From: Tubulanus polymorphus
Taxonomy: Eukaryota; Animalia; Nemertea
Reading direction: 5' to 3'
DNA: 64,000 bases
Assembly (NCBI RefSeq): GCF_964204645.1
Contig: NC_134034.1
Location: 10,738,962 to 10,802,961, forward strand
Part shown: piece after piece, positions 51,911 to 64,000 of the stretch
How the letters are laid out: the number at the start of each line of letters is the position of its first letter
How positions within the stretch are numbered: position 1 is the stretch's first letter
Position numbers and translations under genes: made by a program
The notes under the pieces: model-generated
Told to the model about the DNA's origin: nothing
The model's database searches: none
Seen by the model: only the letters and a program-made list of their open reading frames with translations

Positions 51911-51999
51911 CTGGCTACGGCTGGTCCGTATATCGTGCGTATGTTATCCACGGTGCTCGAGTTTTGCGGAGTCCGGATATCAGCAGTTCCTTCTCCGTG
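51911..51999 (-). CDS. MLH1: MLH1 coding exon 6 (HGEGTADIRTPQNSSTVDNIRTIYGPAVAR)
   Basis: TTTTTAG acceptor and AG|GTCAGA donor; 89 bp, as human exon 8 ([30 protein letters not shown]). Not in the ORF track. Confidence 0.92.
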
Positions 52000-52026
52000 C
52001 TAAAAATACGCAAATATCATTAATAC

Positions 52027-52309
52027 TTAACCCTTTCAGTGTGTCTACACCGCAGTGCGGTGTATAAATCAGTGATAGATTTCGCTAGTACACCGCACTG
52101 CGGTGTATTGATGTAATTGGTAAATATCTCTTTTGAAAAATGGCAGCACCTGTCAAACAAAGTGAAATACTAGTAACTTACGATACACCGCGCTGCGGTG
52201 CACTATAGTGGTATTCCCGTTATTCAACACACTAGGGTGGAATTTTTTTTAATTTTCAAATTATCTGCAGCACTATAGGATATTAATTAGTCACCACTGA
52301 ATCGGTTAA
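52027..52309. mobile_element. piggyBac-like MITE in an MLH1 intron
   Basis: TTAA TSDs; same body; lies ~26 bp from the 3' splice site at 52000. Confidence 0.85.
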
Positions 52310-52962
52310 CAGCGAGAAGTATAGAATTTTATCTACGGAAAAACTCGGGGTACCAGCAACAACGCTAGCCGCTACTGTCGCAAGTGGAATTACGCCGGCT
52401 TTCTTCTCAAACTCAATTACAATCTAACAATAATTTCTCAAATTCTATGCATGATATATGAAAATCGACCCACATATGAACTCTAAAGACTAATCAGAGT
52501 GTTCATTTCGATGCTTGATTTGACTAATTTTTGGATTCAACGACCGAAAATTGAGATCAAAGTTACTTGAAATTGAACTAATTTTCATCAAGTTCGTCCG
52601 ATATCTCAGTGGCGCCATCTGACGGGATAGCTGGTGTGCCGGTTCCCAATTGTTTACAGAAAAACTAGGCAATTACTGACTAAAAATTTTCTATTTTCAA
52701 ACTATTACAGTCAAATTCGCCTAAGCCTGGATGATCATTAATGTCAATGACTTACCCAAATGATGACTTACACTTGCGTAGTAAGTCGCAAATACAAATT
52801 GGGAAGAAAAAATGGAAACGACTTCAGTTCGAGTTTGACTGTAGTTGTTAATGCATGGGGGGTGGCGAGCTAAGAAACAAAACGCCGTCGCAGCCAAAAT
52901 TCAAACTAAAGATTGTCAGATGAGGAAAAGAAACGTTCGTCGAGAAATACGGTTCTCTTTAC

Positions 52963-53097
52963 CTTTTTAAAAGTGAAACCGACAGACGGATTATGTATCG
53001 CGTATCGGCCGACGACGTCGCCGATTCGACCGTGTTCTTCAGACGGACTCTTCAACGCTTTACGCCTCGTGTTCACGTTATAAAACAAGTCTTCAAC
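52963..53097 (-). CDS. MLH1: MLH1 coding exon 5 ([45 protein letters not shown])
   Basis: TTTTCCAG acceptor and GTAAAG donor; 135 bp, equal to human exons 6+7 fused; VEDLFYN motif. Confidence 0.94.
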
Positions 53098-53196
53098 CTG
53101 GAAAAATGTGCCGAACAAAAAAAAAAATCCCAATTTTCAGTACATCCATACGCTTTATCACTTTCAAAGAACAACTACCACCAATATTCAAAACCA

Positions 53197-53240
<44 letters not shown>

Positions 53241-53250
53241 TAAATAATAA
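53197..53250. repeat. (AAT)n microsatellite in an MLH1 intron
   Basis: Direct reading. Confidence 0.95.
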
Positions 53251-53331
53251 TGATAAGAATAATAAATGTTTCAAACTTAACTACAACAATGGAACAGAGC
53301 AGGTCCTGATTGATGAACGTCACAAACTTAC

Positions 53332-53404
53332 AGTGATTTGAGTTCCGACATTACCAGCGCACGGTTTAATCGAGCCCTTCGGTTTACCGTCTTGATACAT
53401 GCCT
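53332..53404 (-). CDS. MLH1: MLH1 coding exon 4 (KGMYQDGKPKGSIKPCAGNVGTQIT)
   Basis: TTTCAG acceptor and GTAAGT donor; 73 bp, as human exon 5; PCAGNxGTQIT motif; frame continuous. Confidence 0.93.
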
Positions 53405-53520
53405 CTGAAATTATCAATTTGAATTCAAGTTATATTTGGGCGTAATTTGTCATATTCTTTTTTCGAACAATTCTCTTCGATCCCCCTGGGCCTAAACGAT
53501 ACTAAAACGAAGTTTCATAC

Positions 53521-53693
53521 TTGAAGGCGCACTTGGAGTCGGCGGTGCGCGTTGTTATGGTTACGTGCGCCACGTGGCTGATACTCGCGAGCGCCTCGCC
53601 GCGGAAACCGTACGTCGCGATCGACGACAAGTCGTCGAACGTCTGCAGTTTGCTGGTCGTGAAGCGTTCGCACACGATCGCCATGTCGTCTTT
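53521..53693 (-). CDS. MLH1: MLH1 coding exon 3 ([57 protein letters not shown])
   Basis: MutL signature GFRGEAL; TTTTCAG acceptor and GTATG donor; 173 bp, equal to human exons 3+4 fused. Confidence 0.95.
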
Positions 53694-54210
53694 CTGAAAA
53701 TAACAGAACAATCGTCGAGTTCATCATAGACCGCACACTGCTTAGAGCATGCATGGCAGTATTCAGGTTCCTCTGATAATCTCAATGTTCTCTTTTCTCC
53801 TTTTTGTTTTCTTTGCTCCTTTTGTTTTTTTCATTCTCATTTTTTAAGGGACCCGGCCACGAAGTGTTACAGCCGTTAGCATGCCGACGTCCTTTGTTGC
53901 GTCAAAAATCTAAACAATATTGCATATTGCTTATTTCGCGTCATAATTGATACGACGAAAATAAAATTAATTTATTCACACAAAACAATGGAAACAATTT
54001 ATCGGAATCTGAAATTCCCTGACAGGTTTGCAGTTTTCCCAGACTCAATCTGCTAAGAATCCGATCGATTAACACATTCAAATACGTGTAAGACATAGAC
54101 AGAAACTGTTTGATTTAACGCGCAATCTAGCAATATCAAAATATTTCTGAGACTTCCCCTGATTTTTAGGTTCTTTTTACAAAATTCTAAGACTATTCAA
54201 AGAAAATCTC

Positions 54211-54495
54211 CTGGGGCCAGTTGCATAGTCATAGCTTAGACTTAAGACCAGTCTAAGACCAGTCTAAGACCAACTTAGTTCTATAACCAATCCAACAACT
54301 AAAGACCAGGGGCCAGTTGCTCAAAAGTTAGTTAGAGTTAACCAGTGGATAGTTGACATAGTGACAATTGAAATGTCATTGTTGCTATGGTATTTATCCG
54401 CCGGTTATCTTTTACCAACTTTTGAGCAACTGGGCCCAGTCTTAAGATTTAAGACCACTTATGGACTTAAGTCACGACTGTGCAACTGGTCCCTG
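54211..54495. mobile_element. Harbinger-like MITE A containing a nested MITE B
   Basis: CTG TSD on both sides; interrupted at agac-CAG-tctt. Confidence 0.82.
54307..54439. mobile_element. Harbinger-like MITE family B
   Basis: CAG TSD; TIR gggccagttgctcaaaagtt...aacttttgagcaactgggcc; near-palindromic body. Confidence 0.82.
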
Positions 54496-54623
54496 ACCTT
54501 TCCCCGATTACCAGGTAAGTGGCCACCCTGGAAATGTTAACTGCCTAGAAGTATTGCGAGCTCGGCTTTTGATTATTTGATCGACACAGCATCAAATTTA
54601 CGAATGCAACGACAAATATCTTT

Positions 54624-54767
54624 CAGGGGCCGGTTCCATAGTCATGGCTTAGATTTGGAACCAATTTAAGACTATGTTAGTTCTATAACCGATCTAACAA
54701 CTTAAGACCAGTCTTAGAATTTAAGACGATTTTTGGACTCAAGTCTCAACTGAGAAACCGGCCCCAG
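54624..54767. mobile_element. Harbinger-like MITE A
   Basis: CAG-gggccggtt...aaccggccc-CAG. Confidence 0.8.
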
Positions 54768-54804
54768 ACGGTTACAACCCGGGCAGGACTCAATCGAAGC
54801 TTAC

Positions 54805-54895
54805 CTTTATTCCGTGGCCGTTGTCCTGAATTTGTAAGAATTTCAACCCTCCCTGTTTGACGGTGACTTGGATACTAGTCGAACCGGCGTCCAGA
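54805..54895 (-). CDS. MLH1: MLH1 coding exon 2 ([31 protein letters not shown])
   Basis: TACAG acceptor and GTAAG donor; 91 bp, the same length as human exon 2; GHKL DNGxGI motif. Not in the ORF track. Confidence 0.93.
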
Positions 54896-55084
54896 CTGTA
54901 ATGATAAAAGCACACACAAAATTTAATAGCTAGGACTAAATAAACAAGCTATAAAGAACCTCCCTCGGCGCGGCGAGACTCTTGAAAGGGAGGTTTTCCC
55001 AAATATTGAGCAAAATATCGAAGAGAAAATGCGTAAATGAATTAGCAAACACGCTATTCAAGATTCAGATAGAATTCTTTGTAC

Positions 55085-55239
55085 CTGTTTTCGAGCATTT
55101 CTTTCAAAGCGTTAGCCGGGCGTTGAATCACTTCACCAGCCGCGATTTTATTTATGACGACTTCGTCTAATTTCCTGATAACCGGAACACTGGCAGCATC
55201 GAGCCGACTACTGGCAGCAGCAGCAGCATCAACGCTCAT
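55085..55239 (-). CDS. MLH1: MLH1 coding exon 1 ([51 protein letters not shown])
   Basis: MutL N-terminal signature [23 protein letters not shown] at 55239-55237; donor AG|GTAC at 55084; upstream acceptor TTTTCCAG at 55265. Confidence 0.93.
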
Positions 55240-56078
55240 CTTCACCAGATCACTTAACTTCCAACTGGAAAATATTCAACCTCCATCATAAATGTTCAAA
55301 TATTGAAAACAAATTCAATTAGACTCAATGACCATGAGCGGATCTAGGTTTTAGGAAAAGGTGGGACACATAGAATGTTGGGTCACTACCACTTTTGGGC
55401 GCTTCCGTCATCAGCGAGTGCTGTAGGTGCGAAGCGCCCAAAGCAGGGGGGGTCTGAGGGTCCTCTTCCGGAAAATTAAGATGCATTAAGAATGGGTTAG
55501 AAACCTTCTAAGTCACTCGGACCAAAAAGGGTCCCCCTCAATCCACCCCTCATGACATGGTTGGGTCAATTTCATTGCATTCGTTTTTTTTTTATTGTAA
55601 AATTTTAATCCATTAAAACGTAAATCCCCCCTCCCGTCCCTCTTCCTGAACTAGCCTTGGTCTCCTTCCTTTTCCCTCCATACCGGGACCCTCTCCTTCT
55701 TTTTCCCTTCTTACTCTCGTCTCTCCGCTGCCTCTCCTATGTCAAGGGAAGACAGCAAGACCAAGGAAGGCTAACAAGTCATCTAAAACCAGCCATACCG
55801 ATCACGGGTACGTGATAAGTTAACAGGTAATGAGTGAAGGGATAGGAGAATCGATAATCGATCGATGCTGGGGCGATTCCGGTTCTCTCAACCTTATCCG
55901 TCATCATCACGACACATCCACGATCGATTAAACATCAATTTAAACGCTGTTAGTGGAAAATAAAACATCCACGCGCGTCACTAACATAAAGGGCCTACTC
56001 CCATCTAATCGCCCACGACTCACACCTGAGATGTCACGCTCTAAATTTAATGTAATTAATCAGAAAGTGGATACTTAC

Positions 56079-56160
56079 CGCAAATATCGCGGTTTAGAGA
56101 TGGCGCCGGTAGCTGTCAATCATCAGACGAAATTGTAGACTACACCCTGTAACGTTTTCC
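56079..56160 (-). promoter_or_regulatory. Probable MLH1 promoter / non-coding first exon
   Basis: Strong minus-strand donor CG|GTAAGT at 56078-56073 that could join the acceptor at 55265. YY1-like GGCGCCATCT at ~56098-56107. The 5' limit is a guess. Confidence 0.5.
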
Positions 56161-59100
56161 TCGCGTAGGGTGACTCCGGTTATTGCGTGACTCCGACGGA
56201 AGACCGACCACAAAGTGCATACAATTCAATTCAATTTCATTTATTGTGCATTTTGACAATATCAAATCGATGTTACGCAATAAAGTAGCAAATTTTACAT
56301 ATTAATTGAGAGAATGATATTATTAAAGCATAAGCGTCGGTGTTATTGGCGAATGAAACAATATCCATGATTCGCCCGCCACCACAGACAAAATAGGGTT
56401 AGCGAGAGTTCATCGAAATTTATTTACACTCATCACCTCAACGAGAGGTATACAGAGGAACATCAAGAAGTATTTACAATTGTACAACGGGATGGCTCCG
56501 AGAATATCGGAATCACTCAATCATCATCGTCACTCTACCCCTTAGGCCTTACATGACTTTTTTAAAATCATGATCAAGCTATTACCTTGGAGTAATCAGA
56601 CTGTAGTCATTACTCCAAGCCATAACAGACCCTGCAGATAGAAATGAACTGATATCAAATTTCAATTATAATGACTTATTCAAAATATAAAATTACTAGC
56701 TTTTAATATCACATATGCTACTACATCATGCAAGGTATTTCAAGGTCTTATTCACCAAAACATTTCCACTACTGCAACTGATTCATAAAACTTGAATCAA
56801 TAGGAAAATAACAAAATTACACAAAGAATTGTAAACTTTGATCGATAAAACACCGACGGACTAGCCTGAATGTTTAAGACTATTAATTTGACAATTCATG
56901 AAGAAACCAGGCATAAGTGACACTTGGCTATTTCATGGAATTCATGGAATATGAAGCATTCTATCATATCATGGACGTATAAACTAGATTAGACTAGATC
57001 TAGTTTATACGTCCATGATCGTATCAACTATTCTGCAAATGACAATGTAAGAAAGATTTCTGTTTATACAAAAAACTGCAAAACATATCTCCAGCATATA
57101 AACATTAAAGCTGGACATAAAACCACAAATTCACTCAAATAATCAATCTCTAATTTCATTTTTTAACATTATTTTTACAAGAAAACTGAAATTTGCAAAC
57201 TTTGCTTTGTATTCAAGGAATTATCAGTTCTTCGTTAACTAATGGGTGAACTGTATTTGAAAAAAAAGATTAAACCTAAAGATTAACCCTGGAAAGCTTG
57301 AGATTAGCTAATCAATCTTTATTTTCATTTTCATTGAAATTATTTTACAAGATAACTAGAGTTTTTCCAACTTTGCCTGAGATTTTCAAACATTATCAAC
57401 GTTATTTTCTTAACATTGTCACGTTTAATGCAAAGTATTTTGAAGGTCTTTTAATTAAGATATATGGAGTATCATCATATAGATATTGTTCAACTCTCGA
57501 TTTGAATATAGCTAGGTGAATTACAAAAAAAAAACTGATCGCTGAGATACCTACAATTATCTATACAACTTTTTCGAAATCTTAGTGCTTCTTGTGCAGA
57601 TTTGAATCAGGCCCTTGTTGGACATCCGACAATCAAAACATAGCTAAGACAATTTACTAATCAACACTGTTCATATATCCTCATTATAAAAAGAAATGCT
57701 CCTCTTTATTTGATAGGACCTCAGTTTGATAGTTGTTATAAACTTAACTAGACAATAAAAAAGTTTTACGATGAACAATGTACACGTATGTGTCGTTTTA
57801 TTCTCATGACAAAAATTATTCCACGCTAAATAACAGGTACTCAAGGAATTATCATGTAAGTTCCTTGTTAACAAATGAACTGTATTTCAAAAACAGCTCC
57901 ACATAAAAGCTTTCAAACTTGAGACAAATCGTACTAAGTCATACTGGAAAGCTTAGTATTAACGTTCTAAATTTCTTTTTCGTTAACATCATTTTTACTA
58001 GAAAACTAGAATTTTCGCAGCACATTGTCTTAACTAAAGATTTTCAAACATTATCAGTTCGCTCATTTAATACATTTAATACAAAGTTATTCGAAAACAT
58101 GACAATAATTTTATGATCACGTTTATAGCTATTTAACATTCTTTCTAAAAAAGAGCAAAATGTATCTCCCAGATATTATCCCTAAAACAATTAACAGTTA
58201 CAGCAGTGACAGGGTGTGCTATAGGTAAAAGGACGCGTGATCTTTCATCAGTTATTTGAATCATTCTATCGAAACAGACATTTCTTCAGTGTGTTTGATT
58301 TAGTTAAGGTTTATGGTTATTTGTTTTGTTTATTACTGAGCCGATAGAATGCTTAAAACAACAAAAGAAAGGATCTCAAGAGGTTGGGAAACACGGAGAA
58401 GGTTGTTCTATGAAAGAAGAACCTTTAATAATTGGATTAAGTTGATTAGAAAAAATGCCTGATGATGAAGGCCCTATATAGAGTATTTACTAATTGTTTG
58501 TTGGTTTTGTTTATTTTTATTACTTATAATTTTATGTTTTTTTTGTTGTATTTTTTATCAATTGTTTTTTTAAATGTATTTTTCTTAATTATGTTCTATG
58601 TATTTTGTACTATTCATTACAATCTACATCATCAGGAATTTTTTATCGGTGAAATTATGGGCTCACTTAAAAAAAGTGCTAGAAATTCACTGCTGCACCT
58701 GAATAATAGTTTATCATAAAACACCCCGATTAGCATGAAAGCCACTCAACTTTATGATATGGATGACAATGAAAGAAGTTAAAACAGCTATAAACAAAAT
58801 TAAAACGATCAAAATCATTGCTGGCCATTATTATCATTCCTTTATATCACGTTACTCCTAGCTATATCTCTCTTATATATACCTCTGTGGATACAATGTA
58901 CTAAGATATATACGTTCTCATATACCAAGCTATGATTATCTACATGGAAGCTCAATGCTGAAACTCCTATATGAAAATCGAGATATTAGACTCATTAGCC
59001 AAATCGCTTTTATGGGCCTCCGAAAAAAATTAATGCCATCAAAAAAACACAGCAACTGTTTGGTATATAAACTTATTATTTGTACACAGAACACTGCCGA

Positions 59101-60689
59101 ATATTATAGTCTACGTTTTTCTTAACAAGGTGATGATATTCGGGGGGGGGGCATAGCCAGTATGTACAGCACTGAAGGCCCCTTTACTTTTTGGCCAAGG
59201 AATCATTTTCGAAACATCTTTATTCAATGTCCATTAACTTGCTGGGCGAGTTTAGGAGTCCAAACTAATCACATATCAACTTCTTTTATTGCGTTTAAAA
59301 GTTGCAACTGTTTAACTGACTACGCTCTCCCTTTTGAACATTTAGGCTATGCAAATCATTTTCACTCCCAGGAAATATAAAATGAATCACTATTTCTAAG
59401 AGACCAAACTATGTCGTTATTACAAATCATGCAAAGCTATGTTTAACTAAGTATGAAGATCATCTGAACTATCCTGTTGATTTCTGATCTCAGATTAGCT
59501 TGTATTTCAGTCGAACCAAGACGCTGAACGCGATCAATACCATGAATTAATGGAGTGTAGATTTTATGAGACTCCGAGAAGGAACTTTCTGTCACATTAC
59601 AAAGGACATGACACATCTGTTAACAAATCGAAAACAGTTTGCATAATCAATATAAAAGAATTAGAATGCCATTATATTGAAATATTCAAATATTAGTAGT
59701 TCCTTCTCAGGCCCAGAGCCCTAATTAACTAACTTCAATTTTCATTAATCAACATTAAAACTATTTATTTATTTCCACCTCTTCAAATAGACGGTGAATT
59801 TTGTTACAAATCAGCCTGGTTTGTTGAAAGGTAACACAAAATAAATCAATACTTTACATATTTTACTGACGTTGCTGCTCCTGAACAAGTGTTTATAAGA
59901 TACGCATTGTCTGTGCTGCTCCTGAATAAGTGTTTATAAGATAAGCATTGTCTCGCTCCTGAATAATTGTTTATATATACCGGTAAGACACGCATGTCTG
60001 TGCTCCACCTATTGTAGAAGAAATCCGTCATTGGGCGATAAACCACTGCTGGCTAAATTTCTCCTCTGGACTTCTAGGCCTATGCAGTTGAATTCAAGAT
60101 GGACTCTTCTGTGGTAGTTGATGATTTCAATTCAAGATGGAATCTTCTGTTGGCTATTCTAATCAGTACATTTTTCACCAGTACATCTTAGGCTGAGCAT
60201 TTTCTTATAGATGTGATTTAGCTGAAATGAATAAAAGAAGATATCCTGTAATTATACAATATCTTACAATATAGGCCTACACAATTCTTCATATACCATT
60301 AATAATAATAAATTCCATGTACCGTAAATCAATTTCATTTAGAATTAATCAAAATAATTCCATCTATATTAAGTTACCTTTTATGATTGCTGGGTTCGTT
60401 ATCGGCGTGGATCATCTAAGTTGATTGGTTGATCATTTTGATTCTGGTTGGCTGTGCGCTGTTCCAGTTGGTCGATTTTGGACGAGTAGTTGATTTCAAG
60501 CTGGGTTTTTCATATTGTTGAAATTTAGCTGCAATGATTAAAAGAAGTTATCCTGTATTGACAAATTTTTTCAATTAGAATTTATCGCAATAATTCCATC
60601 TATATTAAGTTACCTTTTCTGATTGCCGGGTTCATTATCGGCGAGGATCTCCTAAGTTGGTTGTCTAATTTAACATATTTTTTGTCGGT

Positions 60690-63130
60690 TTTTTCATGTA
60701 AATAGTCCAAAAGTTTACAAGGTTGAATAATTTTATCTAGTTTTTACAATTCTTTGCTCCTTTTTTTCATGAAAATAATCCGAAAGTTTACAAGGTTGAA
60801 TAATTTTATCTAGTTTTTACAATTCTTTGCTCTTTTTTTTCATGAAAATAATCCGAAAGTTTACAAGGTTGAATAATTTTATCTAGTTTTTACAATTCTT
60901 TGCTCTTTTTTTTCATGTAAATAGTCCGAAAGTTTACAAGGTTGAATAATTTTGTCTAGTTTTATATTCAAAATCGGATATCAAAGTACAGATATAGTTG
61001 TGTGATCGGGGGTCGATTTTACATAAATTTTGTTTTCTTTAAAACCAAGCACATAATTGGAAAATCCGGTTCCGCTTCATTCAATTTATCTTCCAACCAG
61101 TCTGAATCGGCAAGCGACTGATTGGAGTCAATTAAGTTGACTGCCTATTTTAATACATCGAGATTTGGAATATCTATATTAAAAGATTAAATATTAAATA
61201 GAAAGTTTACAAGAATGAATAATTCTATCTAGTTTTTACAATTCTTTGCTCTTTTTTTCATGTAAATAGTCCGAAAGTTTACAAGGTTGAATAATTTTAT
61301 CTAGTTTTTACAATTCTTTGCTCTTTTTTCATGTAAATAGTCCGAAAGTTTACAAGGTTGAATAATTTTATCTAGTTTTTACAATTCTTTGCCCCTTTTT
61401 TTCATGTAAATAGTCCGAAAGTTTACAAGGTTTAATAATTTTATCTATTTTTTACAATTCTTTGCTCTTTTTCATGTAAATAGTCCGAAAGTTTACAAGG
61501 TTGAATAATTTTGTCTAGTTTTATATTCAAAATCGGAAATCGAAGTACAGATATAGTTGTGTGATCGGGGGTCGATTTTACATAAATTTTGTTTTCTTTA
61601 AAACCAAGCACATAATTGGAAAATCCGGTTCCGCTTCATTCAATTTATCTTCCAACCAGTCTGAACCGGCAAGCGACTGATTAGGGTCAATTAAGTTGAA
61701 TGCCAATTTTAATACATCGAGATTTGGAATATCTATATTTAAAGATTAAATATTAAATAGAAAGTTTACAAGGATGAATAATTCTATCTAGTTTTTACAA
61801 TTATTTGCTCTTTTTTTCATGTAAATAGTCCGAAAGTTTACAAGGTTGAATAATTTTATCTAGTTTTTACAATTCTTTGCTCTTTTTTTCATGTAAATAG
61901 CCCGAAAGTTTACAAGGTTGATTAATTTTATCTAGTTAAATATTCAAAATCGGAAATCGAAGTACAGATATAGTTGTGTGATCGGGGGTCGATTTTACAT
62001 AAATTTTGTATTCTTTAAAACCAAGCACATAATTGGAAAATCCGGTTCCGCTTCATTCAATTAATCTTCCAACCAGTCTGAATCGGCAAGCGACTGATTG
62101 GGGTCAATTAAGTTGACTGCCTATTTTAATACATCGAGATTTGGAATATCTATATTAAAAGATTGAATATTAAATAGAAAGTTTACAAGGATGAATAATT
62201 CTATGTAGTTTTTACAATTCTTTGCTCTTTTTTTCATGTAAATAGTCCGAAAGTTTACAAGGTTGAATAATTTTATCTAGTTTTTACAATTCTTTGCTCT
62301 TTTTTTCATGTAAATAGTCCGAAAGTTTACAAGGTTGAATAATTTTATCTAGTTTAATATTCAAAATCGGAAATCGAAGTACAGATATAGTTGTGTGATC
62401 GGGGGTCGATTTTACATAAATTTTGTATTCTTTAAAACCAAGCACATAATTGGAAAATCCGGTTCCGCTTCATTCAATTAATCTTCCAACCAGTCTGACT
62501 CGGCAAGCGACTGATTGGGGTCAATTAAGTTGACTGCCTATTTTAATACATCGAGATTTGGAATATCTATATTAAAGATTAAATATTAAATAGAAAGTTT
62601 ACAAGGTTGAATAATTTTATCTAGTTTTTACAATTCTTTGCTCTTTTTTTTCATGTAAATAGTCCGAAAGTTTACAAGGTTGAATAATTTTATCTAGTTT
62701 TTACAATTCTTTGCTCTTTTTTTTAATGTTTAAAATATTCCGCAAAGTTTACAAGATTGAATAATTTTATCTAGTTTCTACAATTCTTTGCTCTTTTTTT
62801 CATGTAAATAGTCTGAAAGTTTACAAGGTTGAATAATTCTATCTAGTTTTTACAATTCTTTGCTCTTTTTTTTCATGCAAATAGTCCAAAAGTTTACAAG
62901 GTTGAATAATTTTATCTAGTTTTATATTCAAAATCGGAAATCGAAGTACAGATATAGTTGTGTGATCAGGGGTCGATTTTACATAAATTTTGTTTTCTTT
63001 AAAACCAAGCACATAATTGGAAAATCCGGTTCCGCTTCATTCAATTAATCTTCCAACCAGTCTGAATCGGCAAGCGTATTTCTGACTGCCTATTTTGATA
63101 CATCGAGATTTGGAATATCTATATTACAAG
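60690..63130. repeat. Composite higher-order repeat: variable runs of ~72-bp units separated by five copies of a ~240-bp block
   Basis: Short unit aaagtttacaaggttgaataattttatctagtttttacaattctttgctc(t)ncatgtaaatagtccg; the long block starts atattcaaaatcgg at ~60964, 61523, 61940, 62357 and 62924. Confidence 0.93.
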
Positions 63131-64000
63131 GTTGAAGATCGTTTTGTACATTTTATGACTAGTTGATTAATAGAATAGCTGAAAAAGAACAAAATCGTGT
63201 GAGCAGAAAATCCTTTCGAATACCACTGATCCTGATTAACGTGTCAATTTATATATATACATATAGTGCAAACTTGCCAGTAATATTGCCCCCTATATAG
63301 GCTACATTTCGATTGTCAGCTTAACCATGTTCATATTATCAAATTAACTTAATCATCAATTAATAAACTTTAAGAGATATGTTCTCTACCCACAGATGGT
63401 GACATCTGTGCCCAGTGATTGGTATTCTCATCCGTTTCAGTAATTCTAAATATCGCACGTAAAATATATACAATGATCTTGTAATTATGATAATGTAACT
63501 AACAAGAGTGAGTGTGCTGATCCTATAAGTAACATGGTTCTACAGATTTAAGAAACCTTGAATCATCCCCATACCTTGACAAATCCAGAATTCTGCAAAG
63601 CCTTAATGATTCAATAAATCCCACGCACAAGATACAAGAGTTAAAACACACCCCGTATAGGGTATAGGTCTAAACCAATAGTTAATTATACAGTTGTCTT
63701 ATCAACCCATATGATTTGGATTCGAGCACTTTTACCTTATATGAAGATGCTGAGTTAATCTTTATTGTAGATACCTAATAAATCAATTAATGTCCTAGCT
63801 ATAATTAAAATTGTCTCGGACAATATTTCATATGGGGCTTGAAATTTCTACCCAAGAAGAATTTCAGATCCGGCATAAATTTGGATTCATCATTATTTCA
63901 ACTGCTAATTTTGCATCAGAGCTTTTTTGATACCTAGCTTAACGAACCCAGAATTCCCCAAAACCTAACTGATTCAACAGATCCCACACACATGTGGCCC

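Noticed and set aside
55953-56138. Divergent gene sharing the MLH1 promoter
   Set aside because: Short GTG-started ORF with no recognisable homology, and no convincing plus-strand exons downstream.
57170-58110. Old local duplication (57170-57440 vs 57810-58090)
   Set aside because: Real but diverged, AT-rich and without coding or structural signal.

Overview
Repeat-rich eukaryotic (animal, most likely invertebrate bilaterian) genomic DNA, not prokaryotic. Two protein-coding loci are well supported. One is an intronless class A GPCR (43450-44619, +; melanocortin/MECA-like, DRY changed to DHY). The other is the 5' part of MLH1 (six coding exons, 55239-51911, -, plus a probable 5'UTR exon near 56079). 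I could not find the next MLH1 exon anywhere in the remaining ~52 kb. The rest is a dense mosaic of non-autonomous DNA transposons (piggyBac-, Harbinger-, pogo/Tigger- and hAT-like MITEs, some nested three deep), Penelope-like pLTR remnants carrying minimal hammerhead ribozymes, microsatellites and about 25 minisatellite arrays. Four things stand out: (1) an 11 x 66-bp tandem array made of hammerhead-ribozyme motifs inside a Penelope-like inverted repeat, plus three solo hammerheads with intact cores; (2) a ~24 x 44-bp array in which most units carry a CTCF core-consensus match; (3) several minisatellite families traceable to internal segments of MITEs in the same window; (4) a dispersed ~40-bp YY1+CRE-like cassette that seeds arrays with array-specific spacers. 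Nearly all other ORFs in the track are repeat or codon-bias artefacts. All alignments and counts were made by eye.
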